A DNA stretch of 64,000 bases from positions 65,596,001 to 65,660,000 of the forward strand of contig OX597814.1 of assembly GCA_951406725.2 (NCBI GenBank). The letters are read 5' to 3'. The stretch is from Octopus vulgaris. Taxonomy: Eukaryota. This document shows positions 11,997 through 26,699 of this stretch, one piece after another. How positions within the stretch are numbered: position 1 is the first letter of the stretch; the number at the start of each line of letters is the position of its first letter. The position numbers and the translations under genes were made by a program. The notes beneath the pieces were generated by a model, which was given only the letters and a program-made list of their open reading frames with translations, made no database searches and was not told the DNA's origin.

Positions 11997-12426
11997 TGGT
12001 GAGTGCGTGTATGTAGATATGTGTGTATGCATGTGAGCGCGCGTGCATATGTGCTATAGAGAGATTGTATGGGATACAAAAACTCAGGGGATCTGGGGAA
12101 ATAGTTAAATGTGAGAAGAGAGAGTGTGAGAGAGTATTTGAAATTTAAGGAAGGAAAACAACAAAGGGAAAGAGTGAGGAAAGGCAAAACAGAAGAAGGG
12201 CAAGAAAGAACAAGAGGGGAGAAAGTAAAATATGGTGAGAGAGAGAGAGAGAAAGAGAGAGTTTGAAATTCAAGATGAGGAATAAAATAACAAGAAGCGT
12301 GAATGTAAGAGAGATAAACAAGAAAAGAATGAGAAGTTTAGATAAAGGAGGAAGAAAGAAGGAAAGAAAGAAAGAAAGTGTGAGAGAGAAAGAAAGTAGT
12401 TATGAGAAAGGAAGATAGATATAGAA

Positions 12427-12459
<33 letters not shown>

Positions 12460-13510
12460 TAGTGAAGGAGCGAAGGATGTGATGAAAGAATGAAAATGTG
12501 ATGAAAGAAAAGAAGGAAGATACATACCTACATGTATGTATGTATGTATGTATGTATGTATGTATGTATGTATGTATGTATGTATGTATGTATGTATGCA
12601 TGTATGTATGCATGCATGTATGTATGTATGTATGTATGTATGTATATGCGTGAGTATGTATAGTGAAAGAGCGAAGGATGTGATGAAAGAAAGAAAATGA
12701 GTAAGAGGTATGCAGTTGGTAGATATTACAAAAATTGTGGTTAAAGTAAGAGGTAATAGAATGATGAAATTAGAGCGAGATAAATACAGATATAAATTCA
12801 AAGGGCGTAAAAGAAAACGTAGGAGGAGTGGCGAAATAAGATATTCTGAAAAGAAAGAGGAGGATAAAAGCAAACATCAAATGGAGAGAAAAAGAATCGT
12901 TAATAATTTTTAAAACAATGTAAAATGATCTCTATTCTAGCCCCAGAAAAAGAAAATCTCATGTTTCAAATCGTTGAAATAATACACCCTTCAGCGTGAC
13001 AACTAAGGCTAAAATCTTGTCAGCTCTACCACGTGCTGTATTCAAAATAAATTGCTGATGTCTCTGCAATATATCTTTCAGAATGTCGTCAAAGTAACGT
13101 CAACATCTTATATGTTCTCCCACGTCGACTTAGTTATCAAACAAAGATGTCACTATGATAGCAAAACTAACCACAAGACCTCACTGACCAGTGGCAGCCA
13201 ATATGCTCTCACCTAGAAAACACTTTAAATTTCTTATAAATTATTTCCAGTCTTCTCCAGATATCTGGTGATGTGGGCGTATCATGTATCGAAGAAATTT
13301 TAGGCAGTGTGGGACTCAGTGAAAGACTACTATATACAGGTAACTCCAACGTTATACACACGCACACACAAACACACACACTCACACATTCACACGCACA
13401 AATATATATTACACATATATATATATGTATGTGTATGTATATATATATATGTGTGTGTGTGTGTGTATGTTTGTGTGTATATATATATTTTTTTTTTTTT
13501 TTTTTTTTTT

Positions 13511-13727
13511 TACTTGTTCCAGTCATTTGACTGCGGCCATGCTGGAGCACCGCCTTTAGAGTGGTGAAAGAGTACAGCAGGGATCACCACCACCCCCTGC
13601 CGGAGCCTCGTGGAGCTTTTTTAGGTGTTTTCGCTCAATAAACACACACAACGCCCGGTCTGGGAATCGAAACCGCGATCCTCCGACCGCAAGTCCGCTG
13701 CCCTAACCACTGGGCCATTGCGCCTCC
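13511..13727 (-). mobile_element. Chimeric SINE: OK-like head plus the tail of the CORE-like SINE family
   Basis: 13558-13727 matches the head at 1565-1719. 13511-13558 is the reverse complement of the 3' end at 29234-29283. Confidence 0.75.
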
Positions 13728-14429
13728 ACATATATATATATATATATATACACATACACATTGAAATACTCTGAGAAATTTGCGCCTAAATACAAGACAT
13801 GTTCCCTTCCTAAAGGTTTGGGCCCGGAAGATATGTTTCACCGTCCACTCTTCTGTTCAACGAGGTCTGATACGCCTTTTAAAATTACACCCTATAGAAA
13901 GGAACACAGAAAACATAACAATTATTCTATGTTTAAATAAAGTATACGTGTTTCTGAAAACCGGTCAGAGTTAATTGCACATGCTATATTGTGCAACACA
14001 ATGCAACCGGTCACTTTGTCAGCTTTATTGGTAAAATACAACACAAGAAAAGATGTTGGTCTTTGTATGCACCAGTATGTAAATAAACAAGTTACGTAAT
14101 TATTGGTAGAAGAGAAAAGATGAAGAAGAACGTGAGTCAGTGTGTCAGTTGAGAACGGGTGTGATGCAAAAGAGAAGGGAAACTATCCAGGTTACGGCGC
14201 AAACAACGCGCTGTGAGTGACCCGCAATCACACATATCCTCGCATTAGCACGCATGCACATATATAGCGAGAGGGATAGTGGAAAGAAGATTATATTTGC
14301 AAGCAGCGTTATATCAATAGGAAAAACAATAGTAAAATAAAAGTAGTCTCAATATCATATAACATGATGATGATGAGGAGGAGGATGTTGGTGATGGCGG
14401 TGGTGGTGGTGGTGGTGATGATGATGATG

Positions 14430-14490
<61 letters not shown>

Positions 14491-14496
14491 TAATAA

Positions 14497-15052
14497 ATGC
14501 CCTGATGCAGTACCAGGCAGTGGCTCTCATGGCACCTGATCTTAACTGATTGGAAGTGTTATCATGTACATTGTTTTGTCTTGGTATAAAAGATGGGCTA
14601 CAGCAAATATTCTGCTCAATACCACAGATTTGCTTGTCAGTTGTTTGACCTTAACCAGTTGAGCATGTCCCTTAGTGGCTGACGATATGTGCATCTCTGA
14701 TCACGAGCAGAAGTAGTGGGGGAGCATCATAGCCATGTGTTGAGAAGGATTCTTTGGGGTTTGAATAATTCACCTCTGGAAACATGGGTGTTTCGTTCAA
14801 CGTCCTTAAACAACCCTTATTCAGGGACCTTTTGAGCGGGATGGGTTACTCGATCTGAAGAAAATTCTAACTGGGCTCCACCTGCAAGGTCATGTGCTGT
14901 TTATCTTGATATGAGATCACCATGTCGCGCACATATGGTTGTGATGCATGTGCCTGGTGTACCGTTATCAGACGGGTAGTCATGATGGGTATACTGGGCT
15001 TCGTATATTTTACCCAAGTGTCACTTTGATGGCATGCTCTGCTCGCTCACTC
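14497..15052 (+). mobile_element. Full-length 556-bp repeat inserted in (TAA)n
   Basis: Runs from ATGCCCTGATGCAGTACC to GCTCGCTCACTC and is flanked on both sides by (TAA)n. Same ends as 60340-60897 on the minus strand. Confidence 0.85.
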
Positions 15053-15126
<74 letters not shown>

Positions 15127-15134
15127 TAATAATA

Positions 15135-15740
15135 ATAAGAAGAATTTCTTTTATTGGCCACAAGGGCCCAAGACATAGAGAACAATAACGAAGGACGAGT
15201 TACAGCACAAAAAATGTTACAAAAACATGTGGGGTTAACATCAATCAAGTGGAGATACTACCACATTAAAGGCTACAACTGAGTATATATAATAGAAGGT
15301 AGAGGAATAAATAATAAATAAATAGAATCCCCAAGAGAGGAACGGTCCACTTAGTGTAATCCGGGGTAATCCCACATATAAGTCCCGGATTGCTCTGCCA
15401 TCTCCAAGGTATGTGAAAGTGCCCTCTTCCAGTTACTTTCCTCCTGCTTAGAAAGGCATATTCAGAGCAGATCCTTTCAGTCCTACCAGTCTTGCCACTG
15501 TCGACTACCGTTGATAAACTAACTAGAAGGCGGCACCTCCCTCTCTACCCTCACCTTCCTCTCCTAACTGGACTTGGCCGGATAAGAATATGTTTGTCAT
15601 GAAACCTTTCAGACGGCTTCACCACACAGCCTCTTTTACCACAGCCACTAAGCAAAGCAAGATCTGCCTTCCTTCTCTGACAAGGGAAGGTGGTGCGTCG
15701 ATCTTCACTGTGCACTCGACTGAAAGCTGAATGCGTCTTT
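15135..15740 (-). pseudogene. 3' fragment of a Tx1/L1-like LINE ORF2, degenerate
   Basis: Minus strand reads GRQILLCLVAVVKEAVW*SRLKGFMTNIFLSGQ, resembling the K.A.W..R C-terminal motif of Tx1/L1 ORF2. Followed by a UTR-like region ending at an (ATT)n tail. Confidence 0.45.
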
Positions 15741-15867
15741 CTATTATAGGCACAACGTCTGAAATTTTGGGGGAGGTGATAAGTTGATTACATCGACTCC
15801 AGTGCGTAACTGGTACTTATTTCATCGACTCCGAAAGGATTAGAGGCACACACACATATATATATAT

Positions 15868-16207
15868 TTTGAAACCCCTTTGGTTACCACATAGACCATG
15901 GGATTGCACCTAGAAAGTTACCCTCCCAGGCACAAATTCGGGCAAGGTTGGTTATGGAAGACCAGTAGTCTCCCATGCATACCGGCCACCCCTCTCCACG
16001 CTACTAGTGTTATCCAAGGGAAAGGAAACAACAGATACAGCTTGGTACTTGTGACGTCGTAACTAATTTCTACGGCTGAGTGAACTGGACCAACGTGAAA
16101 TAAAGTGTCTTGCTTAAGGACACAACACGCTATCCGGTCCGGGATTCGAGCTCACAACCTCACGATCGTAAGCTCGACGCTCTAACCGCTGAGCCATGCG
16201 CCTTCAC
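15868..16207 (-). mobile_element. tRNA-derived SINE (head and core shared with 43717-44044, different tail)
   Basis: Minus-strand head GAAGGCGCATGGCTCAGCGGTTAGAGCG...GAGCTCGAATCCC, then GTGTCCTTAAGCAAGACACTTTATTTCACGTTG. Confidence 0.75.
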
Positions 16208-16217
16208 TCACACACAC

Positions 16218-16769
<552 letters not shown>

Positions 16770-16770
<1 letters not shown>

Positions 16771-17310
16771 GATATCAAAACATCAAGGGAAACAACTCGA
16801 AACCCCATCCCTAATCTACAAATACCACCCTATATATCGATGCATAACCCTAGAAACAATGAGGCATACAGCACGATTATGGAAAATCTACCTATGCTTA
16901 CTAGCGACACAAAGATGAAAACATATTACAAACAAACAATTTCATCGAAAGTAAAAAAAGGAAACCTAAATCACAAAAAAGAATACAGACGAATGTGAGG
17001 TTATGCCCAACAACATCGGAACAAATAGTGAAAGGATGCGGGTGTCCAAATTGTGGAACATACCCCAACCAACTGGAAGGTTTGGAATTCCACTGCAAAC
17101 AAGGACAGAGATTCACAATTACTATTAATTTCACTTTTTTTTCCTCTGTCTTCCCTTCTCGGGATCTTTCCTTCTATGTTTCCGACGAAACGTTAAACCC
17201 TCCTTCTTCCCTTCTTTCCTGAGCGTCCAATAATGCTATATTTGTTCCACGTCCTCGCGTTTATTTGTATTTTTGTGTTTTTTTTTGTGTTTTCTTGTTT
17301 GGATTAACTT
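16770..17310 (+). mobile_element. Penelope-like fragment (linker Cys motif) fused to a pLTR end with an internally deleted hammerhead
   Basis: PYISMHNPRN...VKGCGCPNCGTYPNQLEGLEFHCKQGQRFTITINFT is homologous to 18036-18509. GTTT-CCGACGAAACGTT-AAAC at ~17178 is the 36422 hammerhead lacking stem II. Ends at (TA)n. Confidence 0.75.
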
Positions 17311-17424
17311 TATATATATATATATAAATGGTGGTATTGTTGCCCCCGATTGTTGTGTGTGTGTGTGTGTGGGAATCTATGGTTGTTTTTGTTTGTGGTG
17401 TTTGTAAAATTTCTGTATGTGAAA

Positions 17425-18846
<1,422 letters not shown>

Positions 18847-19329
18847 TTACGTAGGGCGGAGGCACTCTTGAGAGTCAACGGCCATCCAATAAATGTCTTA
18901 AGACTGTATCATGCGCGGGGACATAGAAATAATCGGACTGAATACCCGATCATGCGGTTAAACCATTGGGAGTGAAGGATTCCTAGCCTTTGTTAGTGCA
19001 TCCTTCTAGGAGAAGGTAACTCAGGTAACTTCGGATAACTCCGACATAAAACCTGCGGTTCAGTGGTTACCGATGATGTTGACTTGTTCTTCTTTTCGGA
19101 TTATGGCTGCTGTTGCTTAGTGAGTGGGTCAGTGCACAGCCTTTCCTCACTTAAAAAAAGTCTTCTTACACAGGCATTTCACGATAACAACATTGATTAA
19201 GCTTCGTGCAATGGCCATAATCGATAACGAGGGGACAGCCACCTCTTACATATATACGTTACCTCATCATTCATCAGTCATTTGTTTGTACTTAAAAATT
19301 GTTTCTTGAAATCGGAGAATAAAATATTA

Positions 19330-19579
19330 TTAGGTTGGTGCATCATTATTGCTGCTTATTTCAACTAATTTTATTCAGCAAAAACAATAACAACACGTAA
19401 CAAAAACATCTTTAAATGAATATTCCGGAGCATATTCACCATCTACTTCAATTACTGCTTCCCATTTGCTTGGCAGACGGTCAGACCACCATTTGAAGAT
19501 GTTTTTATTAAATACTGTTACTGCTTTTGTTGAATAAAATTCGTTGAATTAAATCCGCAATAATTATGTACCAGCCCAA
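19330..19579. mobile_element. Mariner-derived MITE (Hsmar1/cecropia-like TIR)
   Basis: TA|TTAGGTTGGTGCA...TGTACCAGCCCAA|TA, with ~60-bp imperfect inverted ends and a TA TSD. Confidence 0.75.
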
Positions 19580-19605
19580 TATTATGATATATTATTGTAT
19601 AGCTA

Positions 19606-20874
19606 TCTATCATATAAAAGTCAATGTCAGTGTGTTCGTGTGTTTGTGTATTACTTATAGACTCTAAAACTCCTGGATCGAGTCTAATGAAATTTAGAAC
19701 ACAAAATCCAAGCCTAGGGAGAAGGGTAATGCCGAATGTTTCATACAATTTTGAGGACGCATGAGTGGTTGGCAGAATTCCCGTGAAAATTTATATGCTT
19801 CGGATCTTTATGAAATTTGAACCATAGGTATTAGAAATAAAATTTAAATGTACCCAAAATTTCAATTTCTTTGGATGATACTAAGATTCCCTTAACGCAC
19901 AAGTTTTAGTCATTTTTCATGGACCAAAATTACTGAATGGCTCCTTATGTTTGGAACTTAGATCTAATGCACAAGGGCGGGCGTAATTCAGTGTGTTTGG
20001 TTTAAATTTGAGTGGGTTTAAAGAGGAAAGAACACCCCATGAAAATTCATAACTTACCGATGTTCCTGAAATTTCAACTATAGGTAATTGACACAAATCA
20101 ATATGCATTCCCAAAGTTTCCGCTTCTCATGAGGATTCTAAGACCCGCTAATGGGGGACTTAGCTTCCAAATTTTAGCCATTTTTTAATGATCCACAACA
20201 AGGTTAAAGTATTGAATGGATCTTTATGAAATTTGAGAATAATATTCTATGCATAAGGGCGGGTGTAATGCAGTTTTTGTATGAAAATAAAGGGGCATAA
20301 AAGAGGCCCTAAGAAAATAACCCCCAAGAAAATTTATGTTTTTGCTGTTGATGAAATTTTAACCATAGATATTACACACAAATGAAGTAATATTCCTAAA
20401 ACTTCAACGTCTTAGGAGGTTAGTAAAATCCCTTAATGATGGCTTAACCCCCCACAATTTAGTCATTTTTCCTAAGCCAAGGCGAATACAATTGTAGTCT
20501 TGGAAGCTGTAGAGTTACCCCAGGATATAAGATGACCGTTATTTGTAATACGATGGTACAACAGTGTAATAGTTTGCTTTGAGATATACTTAGCTTGTAA
20601 TTTCTGGAATGTAGTGCATAAATTGTTAAGTAAAGGAGAGGCATCATTTTTATAAGATTCGGATTTTGGAATCTGGGCATAAAGATGAGTAATATGGATA
20701 AATATATCGTAATTAGAATTTTTGTTACGGTGTGTAAAGAGGGAAATCACCCCTATTAAAATTCTTAATCTCCAAATTTGATGAAATTCGAATCATAGGT
20801 ATTCCAATTCATTAAAGAAAAAGTATAAAAAAAAAGTCTAATTCTTCAATTCCATATGACACGGGCAACGCTAG
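19606..20874 (+). mobile_element. Non-autonomous Helitron
   Basis: 5' end A|TCTATCATATAAAAG. Internal repeats of GATCTTTATGAAATTTGA. 3' end ...ACGGGCAACGCTAG|T. Confidence 0.65.
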
Positions 20875-22886
20875 TGTATATATATATATATATATATATA
20901 TAGCATATATGTCTGAAAATTTTGTGCATATCAACTCAATATATCTATTCACAAAAGTTTCTGAAAAGTTCGAAACTCGAGTACTAGGTTGTCCATTTCT
21001 CTGCCATTTTCCTAGAGGTAAGACGAATGTTTTTATAATCGCTGCCCGCACACATCTTGCCTCTATAGTGGCACAACAAGGTACCCATTTTTGCTGGAAA
21101 TGGCAGTCGATAATCATTCGACGCTAGGTAAAGCTTCACTGAATCGACTGCTATTTTCAGCAAAAATTGGTATCTTTTGTGCCACTATTACCTATTGCAT
21201 ATATATATATATATATATATATATAATGTATATGTCCTAAAACCTCTTCCGGAAGGAAATAGCTCGGAATGCTTTTCATTAAATAATTAAATAAAAAAAT
21301 AAACAAAATCTGCCAAAATGTATTTTCGACTGTCCAAACGATGAGATTACTGACTGTCCGCATGAGTCCAGAATACAGATTATTTGAACTATAGACTTCT
21401 CGATGGGCACCTACTATAACGATATTCCCGTGCTTTCATTGTGGTTTGAAACTAGCGAGAAAAACACTTTTTTCTTCTTACTTGAAACAGCTGCTTTGGC
21501 TATGAAATCTTATTTCTTCGTAAAGAAAATCATTCAAACAGACAAGCACCACTCGGTACTTTCTTTTCGCGGCATAAAAATTTGAGAAGAAACAGACATT
21601 GACTTTTACTCCCCAGCAGGTTTTCTCTCCACTCTTCTTTCTTACCTTTCTACTTCTATTGCTATTTGACAGGGATTTTTTAAAATCATTTTTATTTGTT
21701 TTCTCTCTTCTGTTTTCTTCTCCCCACCTTCACCTCACTCTCGTTCACACATCTTTTCTTTTGTGTTGTTTTTTGGCAGTTGAATGGTAAATAGATATTT
21801 AACTGTAATTGTTATTACACACGAGATATTTCTGTAGAGCTTTGCTTTCTAACTTTTAGTCAGTGACGATCTTCTTTGCAAAAATTGTTACATTGTTTTC
21901 TGTTTCAGCCATTGTTTTTGTTGTTTTATTTTTGTACTTTTGCAGATGAAAATTTTTTTCACAGACAGGCTACTTCTATGAAATTATGTATGTTTGTATG
22001 TACGTATGGGTTCATATATGGGTGCGTGGTAGTCGGTTGATGTTTACATGTGTGTACGTGTGTATACAAGTAATTATGTATGCATGTGCGAGTTGCTATC
22101 TTCATGTGTGCATGAAAATGCGTGTTTATGCGCGCGCGCCTTAGTGTGTGTGTGTGTGTATGTGTGTGTGTGCGTGGGTCCGTATGTCTCGCGTGGCAGT
22201 GGATTTGTTATATTTCCTTGAGCTATAGCTTGAATTCTATCTATTCTCATTGATGTTTAGTAAAAAAAACCATATTGATAGATTTGCGATGTATTCTTGT
22301 CCTATCTTCCTCCCCTTTTCCTCCCCTATTTTTTCCATCCTCCTCATACGCATTCATCTCACAGTTCTTGTCTGGATTTTGTTTTATGAGTGTCTTGCAA
22401 AAAACATGCGCAAACTACACATAAACACAAGCACACAAACACACACAACATACACAACAACAACCTATACAATTTGTTTTCTTTCTGTTTCTGTGGTGGA
22501 ATCTTGACATTAGATTTACATGCCAAACTCACTAAGTCTATCGATCTTTATACGTTCACAATTTTCTATATACACAGACACACGCACGTACACAGGCATA
22601 CATAAACACATATACTAGCATGTAAGCAGATGTATTTTTGTGTTCGTGTATAGCATAAGTATTGTTCAGTGATTAAGAAGATGGTTTCACAACCACGAGG
22701 TTCCGAGTTCGAGAAGACTCAAGCAAATAACCAAGTATCTTCCGGCATTGTCTATGCATTACAGATAATAAATGAGGAACATTTGACAGTCCGATACACG
22801 CACAAAAAATATATACATATATACATGCAAACACACACACTCACACATGCAGACACACACACACATACACACACACACACGCATAT

Positions 22887-22931
<45 letters not shown>

Positions 22932-22973
22932 AACAATCTTACTTAGAAATGGATGCGTGGGTTCCGTCATATA

Positions 22974-23409
<436 letters not shown>

Positions 23410-23515
23410 ATATATTCACTTGTCTCTCTCTCTATATATATATATAATGTTGAATTATATTTCATCCTTTATTTTGGAAGGTTCCAAAGATTCTTCAGAA
23501 TTTTGTGACAGCAAA

Positions 23516-23710
23516 TATTACATGTATATGGTGTGTTATGAGAATTTATGGAGAGGTATCTTATAGAAACTCAACAAATATGCTAAAAATGGAGAAGAGA
23601 TGTTAAAATTTCAAATTTTAACATCTCTTCTCCACTTTTAACATATTTGTTAAGTTTCTATGGCATACCTTTCCATAAAGTCTCATAACACACCATATAC
23701 ATACATAATA
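23516..23710. repeat. Palindrome with ~96-bp arms and a 1-nt centre (C23612)
   Basis: ...GGAGAAGAGATGTTAAAATTT-C-AAATTTTAACATCTCTTCTCC.... Complementarity continues with mismatches to TATATGGTGTGTTATGAGA / TCTCATAACACACCATATA. Confidence 0.9.
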
Positions 23711-23829
23711 CATATATACATACATACATTCATACATACAAACATATATATATATATATATATATATACATACACACATATATATAATCATATAGATATA
23801 TATATGTATGTATGTATATATATATATAT

Positions 23830-24766
23830 CGTCAATCCAAGCATGAACAAGCAAGAAAGAAACAACAACGCGAGGATGTGGAATAAGTACAGTGTTACTG
23901 GACGCTCAGGAAAGAAATGAAAGAAAAGAAAGAGGATTTCAGGTTTCGAGTAGAGCTCTTCGTCAGAAATATAGAAAAAGTCGAAAGAAGGGAAGACGGA
24001 GAAACAAAATCGCCAACGATACACAAGCGGTCACATATTGAAATGAACGGAAGGGAATGGGTGAAGAAAAAGTTCTTTGAAAGAGAAGATAATTCAAAAG
24101 AAGGAGGTATGTGAGCGCGCAGGTCTGTGTGTCTGAGTAATGATAGCACGTCTATGTGCGTGTGTATGTGTGTATGTGTGTGTGGTTGTGGCTGTTTATG
24201 CAAGTGTATGGTTAGACTTATATAGTAAGAATTTTGGTAGGAGTGGCTGTCTATTGTGTGTCTACCTACAAATATGCGGAGGAGAATGTCAGCAGGATCG
24301 TATTTAGTTGTTAGTTTGAAGTATATGTGTGCGTGTATTTATACGTAGTGTGTGTGTCTTTTGTTTGCAGTGTGTGTGCATTTATGTGTGTGTACGTGTA
24401 TGTATGAGTGTACGTGTGAGTTTGTGTCTGTGGAGTAAATGTACGTATGTGTGTGCTTGTATGTGTGTGAGTGTATGTTAATATATGTATAATTGTATGC
24501 GTGTATGCATGAGTGTGTGCGCGCCGATCTAGAGTCAGTCATTACTAATGAAGCAACGGAAACTGCCGAAACTGAATTCAGTATAATTCGGATGACTGCA
24601 GACACTGTCTGCATATATGTATACAATTATGTGCTCTGATTAATGCATTAGAGCATTTTAGCTCTTATTTATAGCAATATAGGTATGTCTAACACCCTAG
24701 TCGTATTTAGTGACTATTTTAGTTTTCCTTTTTGGTAAAACATTGTAAAGTGCTCTCTGTTTTTAA

Positions 24767-24770
<4 letters not shown>
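23830..24770 (-). mobile_element. Penelope-type pLTR/non-coding derivative with a hammerhead motif at 23936-23970
   Basis: Minus strand has ATTT-CTGACGA-A-GAG ctcta CTC-GAAA-CCTG-AAAT, followed by TTCCTGAGCGTCC..TAACACT..CCACATCCTCGCG, as at 17215-17260 and 36470-36540. Flanked by (TA)n. Confidence 0.65.
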
Positions 24771-24821
<51 letters not shown>

Positions 24822-24823
<2 letters not shown>

Positions 24824-24985
24824 GCGCAGAAGTGGGAGGTGTGGTAAGAATCCTGCTTCCTAACCACATGGTTCCCTGTTCAGGACCACTGTGTGACACC
24901 TTGGGCAAGTGTCTACTTCCGTAGCTGCAGGCCGACCAAAGTCTTGTGAGTGACCTGGTAGACGGGAACTGAAAGAAATCTGTCT

Positions 24986-24986
<1 letters not shown>
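24822..24986 (+). mobile_element. 5' half of a CORE-like tRNA SINE
   Basis: Matches 28888-29050 (ACCTTGGGCAAGTGTC core). Confidence 0.75.
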
Positions 24987-25062
<76 letters not shown>

Positions 25063-25075
<13 letters not shown>

Positions 25076-26679
25076 TGAGAATGTGTGTCTATCTCATTCA
25101 AATTTTACACATGCCTTACTTAGGGTCCGGTGAGTGTCATCGGCAAAAAACATTTTTTAATTTTTGCCTAGGGCGAGCCCACAGCAATATCATATCTCTC
25201 CACTACGATTCCCTAAAACTTGAGAACTACACAACCAATTTCATTCAAATTTTACACATGCCTTACTTAGGGTCCATGTAGTTTCATGGGCAAAAAAATG
25301 TTCAACTTTTTGCCTAGGGCAAGCCCATAGCAATATCATATCTTCTCCACTATTTCAGTATTACGTGTTAAAAGTGAAACAAAAACATTTCTCTATTTTA
25401 TGTCAGATACTTTCACTTTAACAATAAAAATTAGAGACAATAATAACAATTGAATTATATGTAGTAAGTAGTAATTAAAATCAAACTAAAGTATAATATA
25501 ATCGTAACATAACAAAAGTAAAAATAGCAATTGGTATAAAATTGCATCAATGACTTGAACTTGAATAAGTGGTTTCACATGAATGGGAATAGATTAAAAA
25601 TAAAATAAGCGTGCAGAAATGGAATAGTCCAGATGGAGGTGTGCAATACCCTTTACCACGGCTTTTACATTAGATTATCTGCTAATTAGCTAGCATTAAG
25701 TATCTATATGAAGTTTGGCTGTATGTAATGTCTGTTTTCTCGAACAGCGCTTCTACTGAGTACTGTTATTATTATTACTGTTTAACTATTGTTATCACGT
25801 TTGTTGGTTTTTCGTAAGGGAAACGTTGTTGTGTTGCATTTGTTAAATAATTGTAAACTGTAACACTCCCCCTTTGGGAGAAGGGGCTTTGGTTATTGTT
25901 TAAAAATTGAATTGTGTCCCTGTTTGGGGAAATTGACAATATTTTCACCGTTTACACGGAAGCATTTTTGTTAGAATGCCTTTGATAGAAGAAAGTCCAA
26001 AAATGAATTTCGCGGCAGCCGTCGGCGGGCGCGAACTCATTAAAATTAAAATGGAAGAAATACAAACCTATTTCGGACTGATAACCGACAAAGACAGTGA
26101 ATCTAGGATAAAACCACCAAAGGAAATAAAAAATTAAATTAAAGAAAAGACTATTGTCTATAAAGTATACAATGTAGAGAAAAAAAATTTGAACACCTGG
26201 AGGAAAGCACCATTGAAAAGTGTCTTGGTGCGACTATGAAAGATATCTAACCAGAGGCGGTAAATTCGCCACAATAGAAGCAAGGTTCGAGTCAACGGAG
26301 CGTGCAAGGGAGTGCTCGTCTCGAACCTTGCAAAGTGGAAATATTTTATTTTTACCTTTATATCTGGGACATAGAACGTCCCGGATAAAAATTTAAAATG
26401 TCCCTCCAGAAGTAGAGGTAGGCTGGATTGTAGCCACACTTCTAAACAAGAGGGAGGACAAGATACAATTGATCGAAATTGCAAGAGACGGGCCTACAAT
26501 TCCAGTCTGTTATATATTTTGAGTATTGTTATCACTAGTGATATCAAGATATAACTTTGTATTTTGTATTTTATGTGTAGATGTATATATATAGATGTAC
26601 ATGTAATATGTACACATATATATACACATATATACATGCACTAGCACTATGACCCGGCAACGACGGGTCATAATGCTAG
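25063..26679 (+). mobile_element. Non-autonomous Helitron
   Basis: 5' end TATATATAAAACTGAGAATGTGTGTC, with an internal ~148-bp duplication (25094/25242). 3' hairpin GACCCG-GCAACGA-CGGGTC, then CTAG|T (26676-26679). Confidence 0.6.
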
Positions 26680-26699
26680 TATATATATATATATATATA

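Noticed and set aside
20890-21950. Possible DNA-transposon coding remnant
   Set aside because: I could not confirm any diagnostic motif or terminal repeat.
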